DNA of 63,829 nucleotides, the filler included, from Licmophora abbreviata (Eukaryota), in NCBI GenBank assembly GCA_900291995.1. It is 12 parts of 12 records of this genome, joined end to end, with 100 filler letters (N's around TTAATTAATTAA, not from the genome) between each part and the next. Parts side by side here need not be neighbours in the genome. Positions count along the whole stretch, not along the records: positions 7,070 to 36,375 come from OLMU01000798.1; positions 36,476 to 39,722 come from OLMU01000801.1; positions 39,823 to 41,225 come from OLMU01000803.1; positions 41,326 to 42,654 come from OLMU01000805.1; positions 42,755 to 45,579 come from OLMU01000806.1; 7 more parts are not named here. The stretch is one strand, 5' to 3'. Positions 33,715 to 45,679 of the stretch are shown piece after piece (position 1 is the stretch's first letter; each line of letters starts with the position of its first letter). A model generated the notes under the pieces. That model was given only the letters and a program-made list of their open reading frames with translations, did no database searches and was not told where the DNA came from. Position numbers and translations under genes: made by a program.

Positions 33715-36338
33715 ATGGCTTCAGAATCCACCGACGCAACAGAGCACAACCCACAGCAGATCGAGGCCTCGAATGGTGTGGCCTCCCACCTGCAAACACC
33801 ACCTCCCCCTCCGCCACCGAATTGGAACGACCGTCCGAAGCCGTCGTCGTCAGAAGCGAACAAAGGAAGCGTAACTCCGGCCATGAACAATACGCGGGGG
33901 ACAGTGCAGACAGAGCCTGCCGCTCGTTCCTCGTCGCCCGGACCTGCTGCTGGTTATGCAGGTCGATCGGGGGCGCCAACTCGCTACTATGGTGCTTACA
34001 ATTCTTCGCCTCAACGTGAGGCGCCAAGTGGAGGGGATCACCAACCTCCGGCCTCCACGGGGCTGATTCGCTTGACACTGAGGAAGCCCATGGGCATTGT
34101 CTTTGAGCCCATGTACGACCCACATAATGCTTCTATTCAGCGAGGAGTGCGGATCTGTGATTTGCCGCGTACAGGGGCGGCAGCTCTTTCGAGAAAGCTT
34201 GAGATTGGTAAGATTTCTGTTTTGTGACCAGAACTGGATGTGCGGCGGGTCCGCTTCATGCCGGACGGAATTTCTATGTTTGCTATTTGACTGCGGACGA
34301 CATGTTAATTCTGTTGCCTACTCTTAGCAGAGGAGCGTCTTGCTGAGAGCGGATCATGAACTGTGAGACGTCGACTGCCCTTCTTCTAGACAGTACTTCT
34401 AACGCATCCCCTGATCCCTCTCTTGCGCTCTCTCTTTCTCCAGGCGACGAGTTGCTATCCATTAATGATAAAACCATGTCGAGACTGACATTCGACGAGA
34501 TTATGGATTTCATCATTGAAGCGGATCCGGATAAGGTGAATCTACTGTTTCGACGTCCGCGTGGAGAGACCCTTGCAGCGCGTGCTGCATCAGCCGCTAC
34601 GCCAGCGTCCAACGCCGCCAGTGTTAAATGGGTGGATGATGATACGCGGGGAGCAAAGGAGAAAAAGAAGGGCAAGTCAGAAAAGAAGTCTTCACGTTCT
34701 TCCAAGCGAGAAAAGGCATCCGAGGACTATACCGAGGAAGAGGAAACGATGCAGTCTGTCAACGAAGACTCTACACTTGATGATTCAATTCCTAGAAGGA
34801 AGAGTCGTAGTCGACGCGGTGATCCCTATCAGTCAGAGTCCTTCCTTGATATGCTGATCGACACCATTTGTTCGAATCCCGCTGACGTCTGCAGGGACCA
34901 TGATCGGAGACGAGGTGACGACGATTATTACAGTGACGACGAGACGTTCAACTCCATCGACGACTCTACCTACGTCACCTATGAATCTGAAGCCGCACCG
35001 CCAAAGAAAGACCGTCGTCGATCGAAAGGAAAGCAACGACGCGACGAGGAGTCCTCTACCTCGGAAACTGCAGAAGACACTTTGGAGCAAAACATCCGGA
35101 ATCGCAGTCCTCGTGACAAGAAGAAAAATGGGAAGTCGAGTTCCCCCAGGGAGGCCAGGCGCGATGAGAAGCCCGCTGCACGTAAGCCTTATGAAGACGA
35201 CGGGACCCTTGAGACGGCGGAACAGTCGGCGCGCCTCAAGGAAACGGCCAACCGTCATTCTGCGTCGCCGATTCCTCTGGGCCTTGAACCGAACGCCTTG
35301 GTGATGCAGCCGGCAGTCCCTGCTAGTAAGGCGCTTGCGCTGGAACAGGAAGCGAACGCGGCACCCATCGCTGAGGTCGAATACGACGAACAATATAATG
35401 CTGATGTCTCGGTCATGGAGAGTCTAGGAGGGCCGTCGCTACTCATCGAGAAACAGCGCCAGTCTGCGGCTGTAGTAAGAGAAGAGCCGATTCCAGTGGA
35501 TGTTATCGAAAACTTTGGAAAGGACTTTCCCGCTGATTACGGCTTGACACGAGAGCAAACGGCGCAGCGACACCCGATGAAGTTTTACACGCACGTCGTA
35601 AAGGCCCTTTTACAGCAAAATGAGCCCGAAAAGGTCCGCCTTCTTGACAAGCTGCTCGCCAAGTATAAGGGCAGAGAGGATCATTTAGTACAGAAACTGA
35701 ATGTTCGGTATAACAAAGAAGAGGAAGTCAAGACACTGACGATTCCAGAGGAAGAGGACAAAGCACAGTTCGCATCCACTGTCATGAAAACGAAGGAGAG
35801 CGCCGCTGCAGCTGCCGTCGTTGAGACCGCGAAAGATGCATTCACGACCGATTGGCCTGAAAAACACGTCCACGAGGAGAAGCACGAGGGCTCCGAGATT
35901 AGCGAGAGTGGGTCAGAGTATTCAGGAGATTCGATCGACGGCACTTCGCCGGCAGTAATTGCGCAAGTTTCCGAGCTGCTGAACTATGTGTACGGGAAGA
36001 CATCTGTTCCAGGGCAGATCGATCGTGTATCAACTATTATGCGGGCGTATGAAGGTCGGGAAGCTGTCCTCCTCGAACTCTTGGAGACCAAGGCGCTCAT
36101 CAAGGCGAACGGCGAAAAGGAAAACGCTGCAAACCTTCCGTCGTTCTTACGGAACTCACCGGCGCTTCAGACCAACGTCGACGGCGACGACCATGTTGGC
36201 AAGGACGGCAACGATGTATCACCGCTCTCGACGCCCAATGTACCGAGCCAAGGTGTTGGCGGAACGATGATCAATGATGATGTGTCGTCTATGAGTGGAG
36301 TATCATCTCCAACGGATGAGGCCGCCGGAAAAGAGGTG
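33715..36338 (+). CDS. PDZ-domain protein, 3' end lost in gap; exons 33715-34207, 34444-36338
   Basis: Spliced PDZ: LTLRKPMGIVFE..GVRICDLPRTGAAA..LEIG|DELLSIND..LTFDEIMDFI..VNLLFRR. A GTAAGT donor at 36339 runs into the N spacer. Confidence 0.82.
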
Positions 36339-36475
36339 GTAAGTGTTTGAACGTGAAACTGCACTGTCCGCTTCTNNNNNNNNNNNNNNNNNNNNNNNNN
36401 NNNNNNNNNNNNNNNNNNNTTAATTAATTAANNNNNNNNNNNNNNNNNNNNNNNNNNNNNNNNNNNNNNNNNNNN

Positions 36476-38562
36476 ATCAGGCCTGCAGGAACGCAGTCAG
36501 CAAGCATGGGCGTCCAGGTCGAAAGCTCAGAAATCGCAGGCGAATCCTTCAGGAACCCCGGCGGACCCGTCCGTTTCATTCGGCGAGCATCACACAGTAC
36601 ACGAGTTCGAGACCGTGCCCGCGTACGATGAAGAGACTCTCGATACGCTGGGAACGAATCAAAGCAACGTCTCCACGTACAGCAAGAGCATGGAAAGCGA
36701 GGTTGAAGACATCGTCAAAGATCTCTTCTTCATCGGTAGTGGCAAGAAGACCAAACCGGGTCGCCGCAAGGTGCGAGACCAGCCGGGTAGGAAGCGTCTG
36801 GCACGTTCCTTGGGAGACGACACCACCCAGAATACGCAGGACGACTCTTTGACCCTTAATACTCTTGACGATATAGTCGAAGGGGTTACTGCTTTCACAG
36901 GAGCAGCTACCGCCCAATCGGGACATACGAAAGATACATACTCCACGTTGGCCGGCGAAGAAGTTGCTCTCGAGTCTACTCCAGACACGGATCACGACCT
37001 CCTCGTCATCGGAAGCGGCAAGAAGACGAAAACGGATCGCCGCAAGGTGCAGGAGCAGCCCAGTAAGAAGCTTGAGGCGCGTTCCTTAGGAGACGATACC
37101 ACGCAGAATACTCAGGACGACTCTTTAGCCCTGAATACTCTTGACGACATACTCGAAGGGGTTACTGCGCTCACCGGAGCATCTCTCGCCCAATCGGGTC
37201 AGAAGAAGGATTCGTACTCCGCGTTGACCAGGGAAGAAGTTGTGCTCGAGTCTACTCCGGAGGTGGATCAAGCAAAGAACGTGACTGGAAAGACGTCTGA
37301 ACCAAAGCGGAAAGAGAAGAAGGAAGAAGAAAATGTGCCGAGTGCTGCTGACACGAATGAAGACCCGCTTGGCGCAGTTTGGAACTACGTGGAGGGTGGA
37401 ATCAGTGCAATGGGTCTTGCTTTTGGCATTTCGGATGATGCGGACGTTGACCGCATGGCAGTGGGAGAAAACGAATCAAAAGCGAAGACACTCGAGCAGA
37501 CCAACGTCGCGGCAACTTCTTTACAAAAACCTGACGAAAGTATCAGTGATCCTCCTACATCAGTCAAACCTGTCCACGCGCCTACCAATGAGAACTCAAC
37601 GAAGGGACCAGACGTCGAAGTAAAATATGAGCCGAAGATAACCACTATCAGCTCACCGAGAAAAGGTGTTTCAAAGAAACGGGAACCCAATGCCGACGAA
37701 GAACTGGGCCCTTTCGACGAAGTGATGAATATGTTCTTCGGAGGGGAGGGAGGCTCAATGCTTGAGGCCTCATCTTCTGGTGTTTCGACGAGTCAGATCG
37801 ATGACGATTTCGTCGCCAGACCGCGAAGTGACGCTCAGACCAACGAGTCGACGGATGGTATCACTCCCCTTGAAGAGGACTCTCGGTTGGAAGGATTGGC
37901 CGTTCATGCTGCTCGCTCGAAACATCGCTTAGTCGGGAAAGTCTTCAACGAAAAGGAGGGGCTAAACGTCGTCAAGGATATCAAGATCTTTGTTGTGAAA
38001 CTGGCGCTCCCGCTTGGACGTAAGTGTAGCTCGTCTTGTCGGTTTCCTGTTTGTTGAAAAGTAGCATCTCTAACAGATTTGCTTTTTCTTCTTCTTAGTC
38101 CTCTTTCAAGAGAACGGTGGTGGGTGCTGGGTCACGAAAGTGTTTGATGACGGGAATGCCGCCAAAAATGGAAGTGTCGACGTCGGCGATCAGCTCGCAG
38201 CGATCAACGGTGAAAGCGCCATTGATCTCAAAGTAGACGAGATATGCGTCATGATCACAGAATCGCCAGACCCTGATGATGTCGCGCTGACTTTCCTTCG
38301 CTACACTGGACCCATTCGTTCTACGCTCCCCAAGAAGAAGAAAAAGACTCATCGTGGGACAGCCGTCGATAGGAAGGAGAAGAAAGCAAAGAACCCACAG
38401 AGAGCTACGAGCAGTGGAGTGTCGTCTGAGAGTCGTCAGATCCACTTGTCAACGAAGACCAAGGAGCAGAAGAGTCAAGACAAGATGACCGCGAAAACAA
38501 CTCAAGATGAGAAGAAAACGAAACGATTCGGGAAATTGTTTGGTCGAAGAAAGAAGTCTTAG
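36476..38562 (+). CDS. Protein fragment with internal duplication and C-terminal PDZ domain; 5' end in gap; intron 38020-38098
   Basis: Spliced PDZ: VKLALPLG|LLFQENGGGCWVTKVFDDGNAAKNGSVDVGDQLAAING..VALTFLR. It may be a separate gene or the continuation of 33715-36338. Confidence 0.75.
36720..37271 (+). repeat. Diverged tandem duplication of a 276-nt (92-codon) coding unit
   Basis: Units start at 36720 and 36996 and share IGSGKKTK, ARSLGDDTTQNTQDDSL, LNTLDDI, EGVTA and LESTP. Confidence 0.93.
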
Positions 38563-38669
38563 TGGAGGTTCTTGCTGCTCAGCTATTCTTGTCGCAACTC
38601 TGTGTCGTGTTTGGTCTATCGCCGTGCTCTAATCTGTAGTAGCATTTATCTACGTGGCATTCATGGCCT

Positions 38670-39636
38670 TTAGAACAAATTGTACATGCGCTGCGTAGCT
38701 TCAATTTGAGCCACGACTGTCTCGAGATGTGGAACAGGCACATCAAGACGTTGCGCCTTCTCTATTGGCTTTCGAAACAAGTACTTTACTTCCATCGGCT
38801 TGCGTTGCGTTAGATCCAGCATTGTGCTCGTTTTGTACTGGCCCATGTTGTCGGAGAGGTTTCTCATCATGTGTTTCTTGGCGATGGCAATTCAATCGAT
38901 GGATGGACGGGCGATTTTTTTTAGTTCTCGCTACATGAGGCACACATGATGTGGGGACGGCGAGCGCACTCACCTCAGCATCGCCGAGAAACATGGAAGA
39001 GTCTTCGCCATGAGCAGCCAGGTCCGCGTTGGCCGCCGCAACAGTTTCATCCATGATTATGTCCGCCAACTGCCGCAAACTAGGATCGTTCACAATCACA
39101 TCTACAGTGACACCTCCCATTGCGACGGACAAACCATTATATGGAAGGTTCCAAACACACTTCTTCCATCTACCGCGTCGCAAGGAGTCTTCAAAAGAGA
39201 TTTCGACCTTTGTTGGCTCCCAGAGACTTTCGAACGCAGCTCTGTGCTCTGCAGCAGCACCATTCGACGATGAAGCCGCGAGCCCCCCACTTAGGATGCC
39301 TGCGTAGGAGTGATCTACTCTACCAGGTTCCAGTCGATTCGAGCAAATGAGCGCCATTCCGCCGTAGAGAGCCGCGCAACACGTGACTACATCCTCGTCG
39401 GCCACCGTGGCGCCAGCGTACTCGTTGATTGCTGCCACCAAGTCTTGTTCTATTAGTCCATTCATGATAACAACAACCCTTGTTCCTTCATGTAGCAACG
39501 GAAAGATCAACTCCGGTATGATGTCTAACGACGAGCTTTTCAGCGCCACGACTACCCAGTCGACTGGTCCTATCTCGTCGGTGGTCTCATAGGCTTTAAT
39601 CGAATCTGATGGAATGAAAATGTCGCCATGGACCGA
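38670..39636 (-). CDS. Ketopantoate (2-dehydropantoate 2-) reductase family protein, 5' part in gap; exons 39636-38974, 38876-38670
   Basis: VDWVVVALKS, IMNGL, RWKKCVWNLPYNGLS, IMDETVAAANA, YKTSTMLDL..PMEVKYL, VPVPHLE. Confidence 0.88.
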
Positions 39637-39822
39637 CTATGAATAGAAGCCTGTGGTGTCAGTTAGTCTGCTATGACTCCCCTCAGTCCAAGACGATAGA
39701 TCGACACGGCTGGCAAAACTCTNNNNNNNNNNNNNNNNNNNNNNNNNNNNNNNNNNNNNNNNNNNNTTAATTAATTAANNNNNNNNNNNNNNNNNNNNNN
39801 NNNNNNNNNNNNNNNNNNNNNN

Positions 39823-41225
39823 TCGTCTGTGAAACGTGCGATGGCAAATTGCCAAGTGGGTCGCCCTGACTTCTTTCTGGCTGGGCTTCCATCGCCCATT
39901 CGACGTGTCTCAGCTGAAGGCGGGCCGTTTCTCTCGACTTTTCGAATCGCATCCGTGAAGTCGTCGCAGATCTGAACATTGTCCCATTCCAAACCTTTGG
40001 CACCGTGGCAAGTGCTCAGAATGAAGTCCGCTTGGTCGGCCGCGTAGGATTTGTTGATGACCTCCTCCTCAAAGAGACGAATAGCCTCAATTGTGTTGTT
40101 TCGAAATTTCTCGACGACGCTTATAGACGGCACATATTTGCTCATCTCTCGATCATCAACTTCTCGTCGAAACGAATGCCAACTTACTTGCCGGTTTCGA
40201 AACTCTTTGAACAAGGTAGAGGGGAGAATCTCTTTTTCTTCTGGGGCTTTGAAAAGCCCATATAGATGCTCAATCTTTTTGATTTCTGTCTTCCATTTCG
40301 CTCTTCCGGCATTCGCACTAGATCCGTGTATGTGTATCTTTGGAATGACCGGTACGGTAGCACTCGCCTCGGGCTTCCCAAAACTGGATAAAGGATGATC
40401 AGGAACCACGACGCCTGGTGATAACATAGGAGCTCCGACGCATTCTCGGGAGTCCACGGTGTCGTCCATAGCAGAGCTGATATCCAGCCCCAAAAGATTG
40501 ACAGCCTGTTCAAACAGCGTGGCGTTGGCACGAGCGATGATTGTGACACGATCCCCTTTCAAGTTGCAACTCTGGAGAATAGAGTCACTCGTCGCACGGC
40601 ATGGGCGAATTACTTCCACCGGTTACTGTGTAGGGAATCCACAAGGGCGTTTTACTTTTCGCAGTTGTTTGAGGAGACTTCGTCTTAGTGAATAGCACCA
40701 CGTTCGCAATTTCTGCAATGTGTGGTCCGAAGCGCCAACTCGTCGTGAGAGTACGATCAGTGATTCGCCCGCCTAGGCTGACCATGTAGGTGGATTTCGC
40801 CCCACGAAATCCGTAGATTGTCTGTGCCGCGTCACCCACAATATACACGTGTGTTCCCTTCTTTGCCTGCTTTGCCACCCAATCGATCTGGCATCCGTCC
40901 ATGTCTTGACATTCGTCGACAAGAAGCATCGTTCCGGGGATACGCAGCTGAAGAAGTTGAGCCCGTTTCATCTCACAGTCAAAGGTTTTATGCTGCGTAT
41001 CTTCCAGGTACTTCCAAAACTCATGAGTCATCTTTGCGTACCAATCGACCCTATCTTTGTATTGCGATAGCAAGAATCCAGCTTTTTCTCCTTTTGTCCG
41101 GTCAGTGTGATATAGCTTTGCTGGGTAGTAGTGCGCATGCCAAGATCGCGTTTTGAGCAATTCATCGACGCCGAAAGACTTTCGACAGAACTGCTGCAGC
41201 GTCTTTCGCAAAAAGAAGACAACCT
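39823..41225 (-). CDS. UvrD/REP superfamily-1 DNA helicase fragment (FBH1-like); both ends in gaps; apparent frameshift at ~40604
   Basis: LLVDECQD, IVGDAAQTIYGFRGA, LTTSWRFGPHIAEIAN, IIARANATL, LSTCHGAKGLEWDNV. Confidence 0.85.
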
Positions 41226-41381
41226 NNNNNNNNNNNNNNNNNNNNNNNNNNNNNNNNNNNNNNNNNNNNTTAATTAATTAANNNNNNNNNNNNNNNNNNN
41301 NNNNNNNNNNNNNNNNNNNNNNNNNCACGTCTCCACCCACCAAGTAGATTTTGCGACGCCTTTCGTCGACGCTTCCCAAAC

Positions 41382-42512
41382 ATGCCACCTCATGCTTTCT
41401 TTAGATCCAACAAAGGCGACGTTAGGAGACGATACTCCTCGACATTGCTTCCGACTTGGACCTGGTCGTCGACCGCCGTACTAGAGGCTGAAAAGACGTC
41501 ACAGCTCGTCTATCGCTGCGCGTATCTACCCACAATAGACGAGCATGCAAATGGGAGTAACACACGACTCAAACCCACACATTTTAGAAGAGTTCAAGGT
41601 CGACAGAGAGGGTCCGTTGTCAATGTCGCCTGTTGTCTTTTTGTAGGTTGCCTGGTCACTGTGGGCCTTGTTGTTGCTACTTGCTGGATATCTCGCGCGG
41701 CTCTGTTCCTTGCTTCCGAACGGTCGTCGGCAGCGCAGCCAGTCATCACACCGGATGCGATTGTCACCTTGGCAACGAACGGCTTTCGTTCGACTCTCCT
41801 GTCCAGCAGTCTCCGCAATGTCGGCGGGTGGAAGGGACCAATCTACGTCTTTTCCGACGATGCAGAAGTCGAAAACTCGAACGTTGTCACTCCAATTGAC
41901 ATTCGACAACACCATCCTGAGTTTTTACCTCCAAGAGAATTTCACGAGTACAAGGAGCATCATAACGAAAACCAGACATATCCGTGGATCAAGTGGCACA
42001 AGACACAGCTGTTTGATTTGTTGCCCGATGATGCCTCTCTTGTATTGTTCCTTGATGCCGATATTGTTGTGCAAACGTCGTTAGATGACTTTTGGCGCGA
42101 CCAGCAAGTGAACTTGCAACACTCGAACCATTGTGATCTTTCAGTGTATCCTGAGCGATGGTATACAAACACAGTGTTGAGCAAACACACAAATAGTGGC
42201 TTGTGGAATAGTGGCGTCATGCTGGCCAAACGATCAGCGCAACCCCTCCTCCATGAATGGGGCAGACACATTGTGACTCCTCCCTTTTCAAAACGCGATC
42301 AACTCAAGCTCACGCAGAGTATTATCGATATTTCTGATAGCAGTTACGACTTATCTGTCTGTGCTTTGAGGCACCGCGGACGACACGTCATGAATCAACC
42401 AGACTTGGTAGATCGGATACGCCAACTTCTTGGGACAACCACGACATTCCGACATTTCGCGTCTCGCAAGAAAGTACGCAAACTATGGAAAGAGACGTAC
42501 CAAGACGATTAG
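41382..42512 (+). CDS. Putative type II membrane glycosyltransferase (GT-A fold)
   Basis: Single N-terminal transmembrane segment, SLRNVGGWKGPIYVF, KWHKTQLF, DxD motif LFLDADIVV, WNSGVM, RDQLKL. Confidence 0.7.
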   Translation: MPPHAFFRSNKGDVRRRYSSTLLPTWTWSSTAVLEAEKTSQLVYRCAYLPTIDEHANGSNTRLKPTHFRRVQGRQRGSVVNVACCLFVGCLVTVGLVVATCWISRAALFLASERSSAAQPVITPDAIVTLATNGFRSTLLSSSLRNVGGWKGPIYVFSDDAEVENSNVVTPIDIRQHHPEFLPPREFHEYKEHHNENQTYPWIKWHKTQLFDLLPDDASLVLFLDADIVVQTSLDDFWRDQQVNLQHSNHCDLSVYPERWYTNTVLSKHTNSGLWNSGVMLAKRSAQPLLHEWGRHIVTPPFSKRDQLKLTQSIIDISDSSYDLSVCALRHRGRHVMNQPDLVDRIRQLLGTTTTFRHFASRKKVRKLWKETYQDD

Positions 42513-43082
42513 AAGGACGAAAAGGGTTCGTGTTCGTTGCTGATGCCGGGCTTGTTCGCAGTTGCCGTTGTTCGCTAGGTTTTGGAGGAGCAAATACAAT
42601 TTAGCTATACAAGCTAGCTACTAGGCACAAAGCTACTTTGAAGCAACCGAGTGANNNNNNNNNNNNNNNNNNNNNNNNNNNNNNNNNNNNNNNNNNNNTT
42701 AATTAATTAANNNNNNNNNNNNNNNNNNNNNNNNNNNNNNNNNNNNNNNNNNNNACTAGGCACAAAGCTACTTTGAAGCAACCGAGTGATGACCGCTGTT
42801 GTGCCTCTTTGTAGTGTACGAGCTTCTCAAGGTGTATCCTTGCGCAATACTACGACGTTTATCGTGTACCGAGGCATAGGCGGGTCATCATCGAGTTAAA
42901 ATGTCGTCAAACCACGCTATGTCTACCAGTAATAGAGACCGCGTGATCTGTGACGCGCGTCACATTTTTTGTCCCACACGCCATCACACTGTGATGAACA
43001 CGTGTGCGCACCAAAATATGCGACGAACACAGCAACACATTCCTACTCATTCACTGATGAGCAGCATGGTTTGGATAGCACG

Positions 43083-44022
43083 ATGACGAATCCGTGGTAT
43101 AACCGCTTCCCACTGCTATTCGGTTTGTTAATGACTTCGATGTTCATTGGAGCGCGAGGCTCGTTTGCGAGAAGGACTACTCAAGATGCGTTCGTCGGCT
43201 GTCGTCGATCGTCTCGCAGTCTTCAAGCTCAGCGACAGCGGCGCGTTCGCCATCCTCAAACTTCAACGTCATTTTCCTCAACTTCACGCCTTTATTCGTC
43301 ATCACGACCTTGGTCGAATTCTCTTCCTGTCGGTATTATATTCGACATGGACGGTACACTGGTCAAGCCATGTATTGATTTTGCCGACATGAGACAACGC
43401 ATCTATACTGTTGCATCGCATGATCTGCAGCAGAATGTTTCCGAGGGGTGTGTCCTGGAGCTGGCAGGAAACCTCTCCCAAGAAGGCAAACGACGCGCCA
43501 AGGAGGTCTTTGATGATATCGAAAGTCGAGCGATACAGGACATGGCGTTTATGGACGGAATGGAGGAACTCTGTCGCTTCCTGGACTCGCAAGGGATTCG
43601 ACGAGCCCTGCTCACGCGAAATGTTGAACGGTCCGTGGCAGCCTTTCACAACAAAATGGGTCGGCAGGCTCCGCCATTTGATCCGGCAGTGGCACGGGAC
43701 TCGCTCGATATCGCGGGAAACGAGATTCCTCCCAAGCCACAGCCGCATGCGAAAGTACATTTGTCAAGAATGGAGCTGCGACGTATCGGAAGTCGTCATG
43801 GTGGGAGATTCAGCCAAGGATGATGTTGTGTCCGCCAATCGGGCAGGATGTTCATCAGTACTGCTACAAGCCTATGGGGAGGACAATTGCTCCGGGAACG
43901 ACGGCGGGAGTCACCCAGAAGAACGAACGCCGACCGTGGTGGTCTCCTCGTTGCGTGAACTACACGAGATGCTGCTAGCGTCGGTTGCGAGCGATGCCTT
44001 GACGGCCAATGCAACCAAATAA
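43083..44022 (+). CDS. HAD-superfamily hydrolase with N-terminal targeting-like extension; apparent frameshift at ~43752
   Basis: IIFDMDGTLV, LLTRN, PPKPQP, then in the next frame VVMVGDSAKDDVVSANRAG. Confidence 0.85.
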
Positions 44023-44335
44023 TAGGCTTGTGGCACGTTTAACGAGCACCGCTGAAATGCGTAAGGGAGCAGTATCGATCGTAATGATGTTGTTTAGCCG
44101 TTTGCGTCGTAATTGTAATACTGCTTCCACGGACCTGTCCGTCGACAGCCAATGACGAAATCACATTTCACGCGTACCACGCGACAATGAGACATGAGAC
44201 GTTGCACATACATCACACTCTGTGGGGTAACTTGCAGCTGTCTGCCATTACCATCATAGTAGGTTCATTCTGGCCGTACTGGTAGCTAGCAAAAATCGGT
44301 CTCACCGCACAGGCTCTCAATCCACCGTTCCGAAA

Positions 44336-45579
44336 ATGGGAAAAGGCGGTCACGAAGAAAGTCGGCTTGTTGCCAATGATGACGACGACCAGCTCCTCAC
44401 GCTGCTGCAAAGAGTGTTACCTGGAACGACCTCGTACGAGACATTGCAGACCATTGTCCAGTCCAATGCAGAGGGACGACTAGTGTCTGTACTTCCGCAC
44501 GGACAAGAGCTCTTCGTCAAACGTATCGTCGCGTCGACCTACGCCACGAACAAATCCTGGAACGACCTGAGGCGCACGCTGCTCTATGCTCGCACTGAAG
44601 TTCGCTTTTACAATCAGACAATCCCTCTCTTGGAATCCAAGGGACGACTTCTGCACATGGTCCCCAAGTGCCATTATGCAACCTACAATCTCGAGGGTCT
44701 CATCGCCGACGACGAGCGTGCTTCCGATGCTGCACCCGAAACGCTCGAGGAAATGAGATCCGTGGACGGGCGCGGGGGCTGGCTCGTTTTGGAAGCCATG
44801 GGCGAGGGATACGAGCAGGACTCACCGCTAGGTCCGAAACAAGTAGCCAAATGTCTGTCTGCAGTAGCCAAGTTGCATGCCGCGGCGTGGGAGGATCCCG
44901 AAATATTGCAATCCTCGCACAAGCACCTTTCGTTGGGGAGCTATCACTTAAAAATGCGCAACCCGAACGAGCTACAGGCCATGGAGCAGTCCTGGGAGCG
45001 CTTTATGACCAATTTTGTTGATCAAGCACCAGACTTGTTTGCCAAGGACAGCGTGAAGAGCTTGGGTCGTCGGATTGCACATATGGCCGAGTATGTGTCG
45101 GAGCAGCTAACGCCAGGTCCGGAGGGTCCGTACGCCACGTTGGTACATGGCGACTTCAAGGCCATGAATGTGTTTCTTCCAAAGGATTCAAACGCAGAAG
45201 CCGTCATGATCGACTTTGCCTCGATTGGAGTAGGACTGGGAATGAGCGACGTTGCGATGCACATCACACACGCCCTTAGCCCTTCCGACTGCAGTGCCGA
45301 GGACGAACTACTCGACGGCTACCTAGACGCGTTGATCAAAGCTAGAGCGCGATATGACCGAAACACGTACCACTACCCGAAAGCGGCTGCTCTTCGGCAC
45401 TATCGACTTGGATGCGTAGACTACTTTCGATTTATTCTGGGACGATTTTGGAAGTCAGCGTCAATGGAGACGTTCGAAAAGAAGAAGCACAGCAAGAATA
45501 CGACTCTCATCAATCGCAACGTTGATGCTGCAATCGCCATCATAGCGAAAGTTGACGGCTACTTGAAAGAGTTTGAAGC
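44336..45579 (+). CDS. Ecdysteroid-kinase-like / APH-family small-molecule kinase; 3' end in gap
   Basis: LFVKR, TEVRFY, VAKLHA, TLVHGDFKAMNV, MIDFA..G.GMSDVA. Confidence 0.82.
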
Positions 45580-45679
45580 NNNNNNNNNNNNNNNNNNNNN
45601 NNNNNNNNNNNNNNNNNNNNNNNTTAATTAATTAANNNNNNNNNNNNNNNNNNNNNNNNNNNNNNNNNNNNNNNNNNNN

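Noticed and set aside
42620..42789. 35-nt direct repeat (42620-42654 and 42755-42789) resembling a target-site duplication
   Set aside because: The copies abut both sides of an N spacer, so this is an unmerged contig-end overlap.
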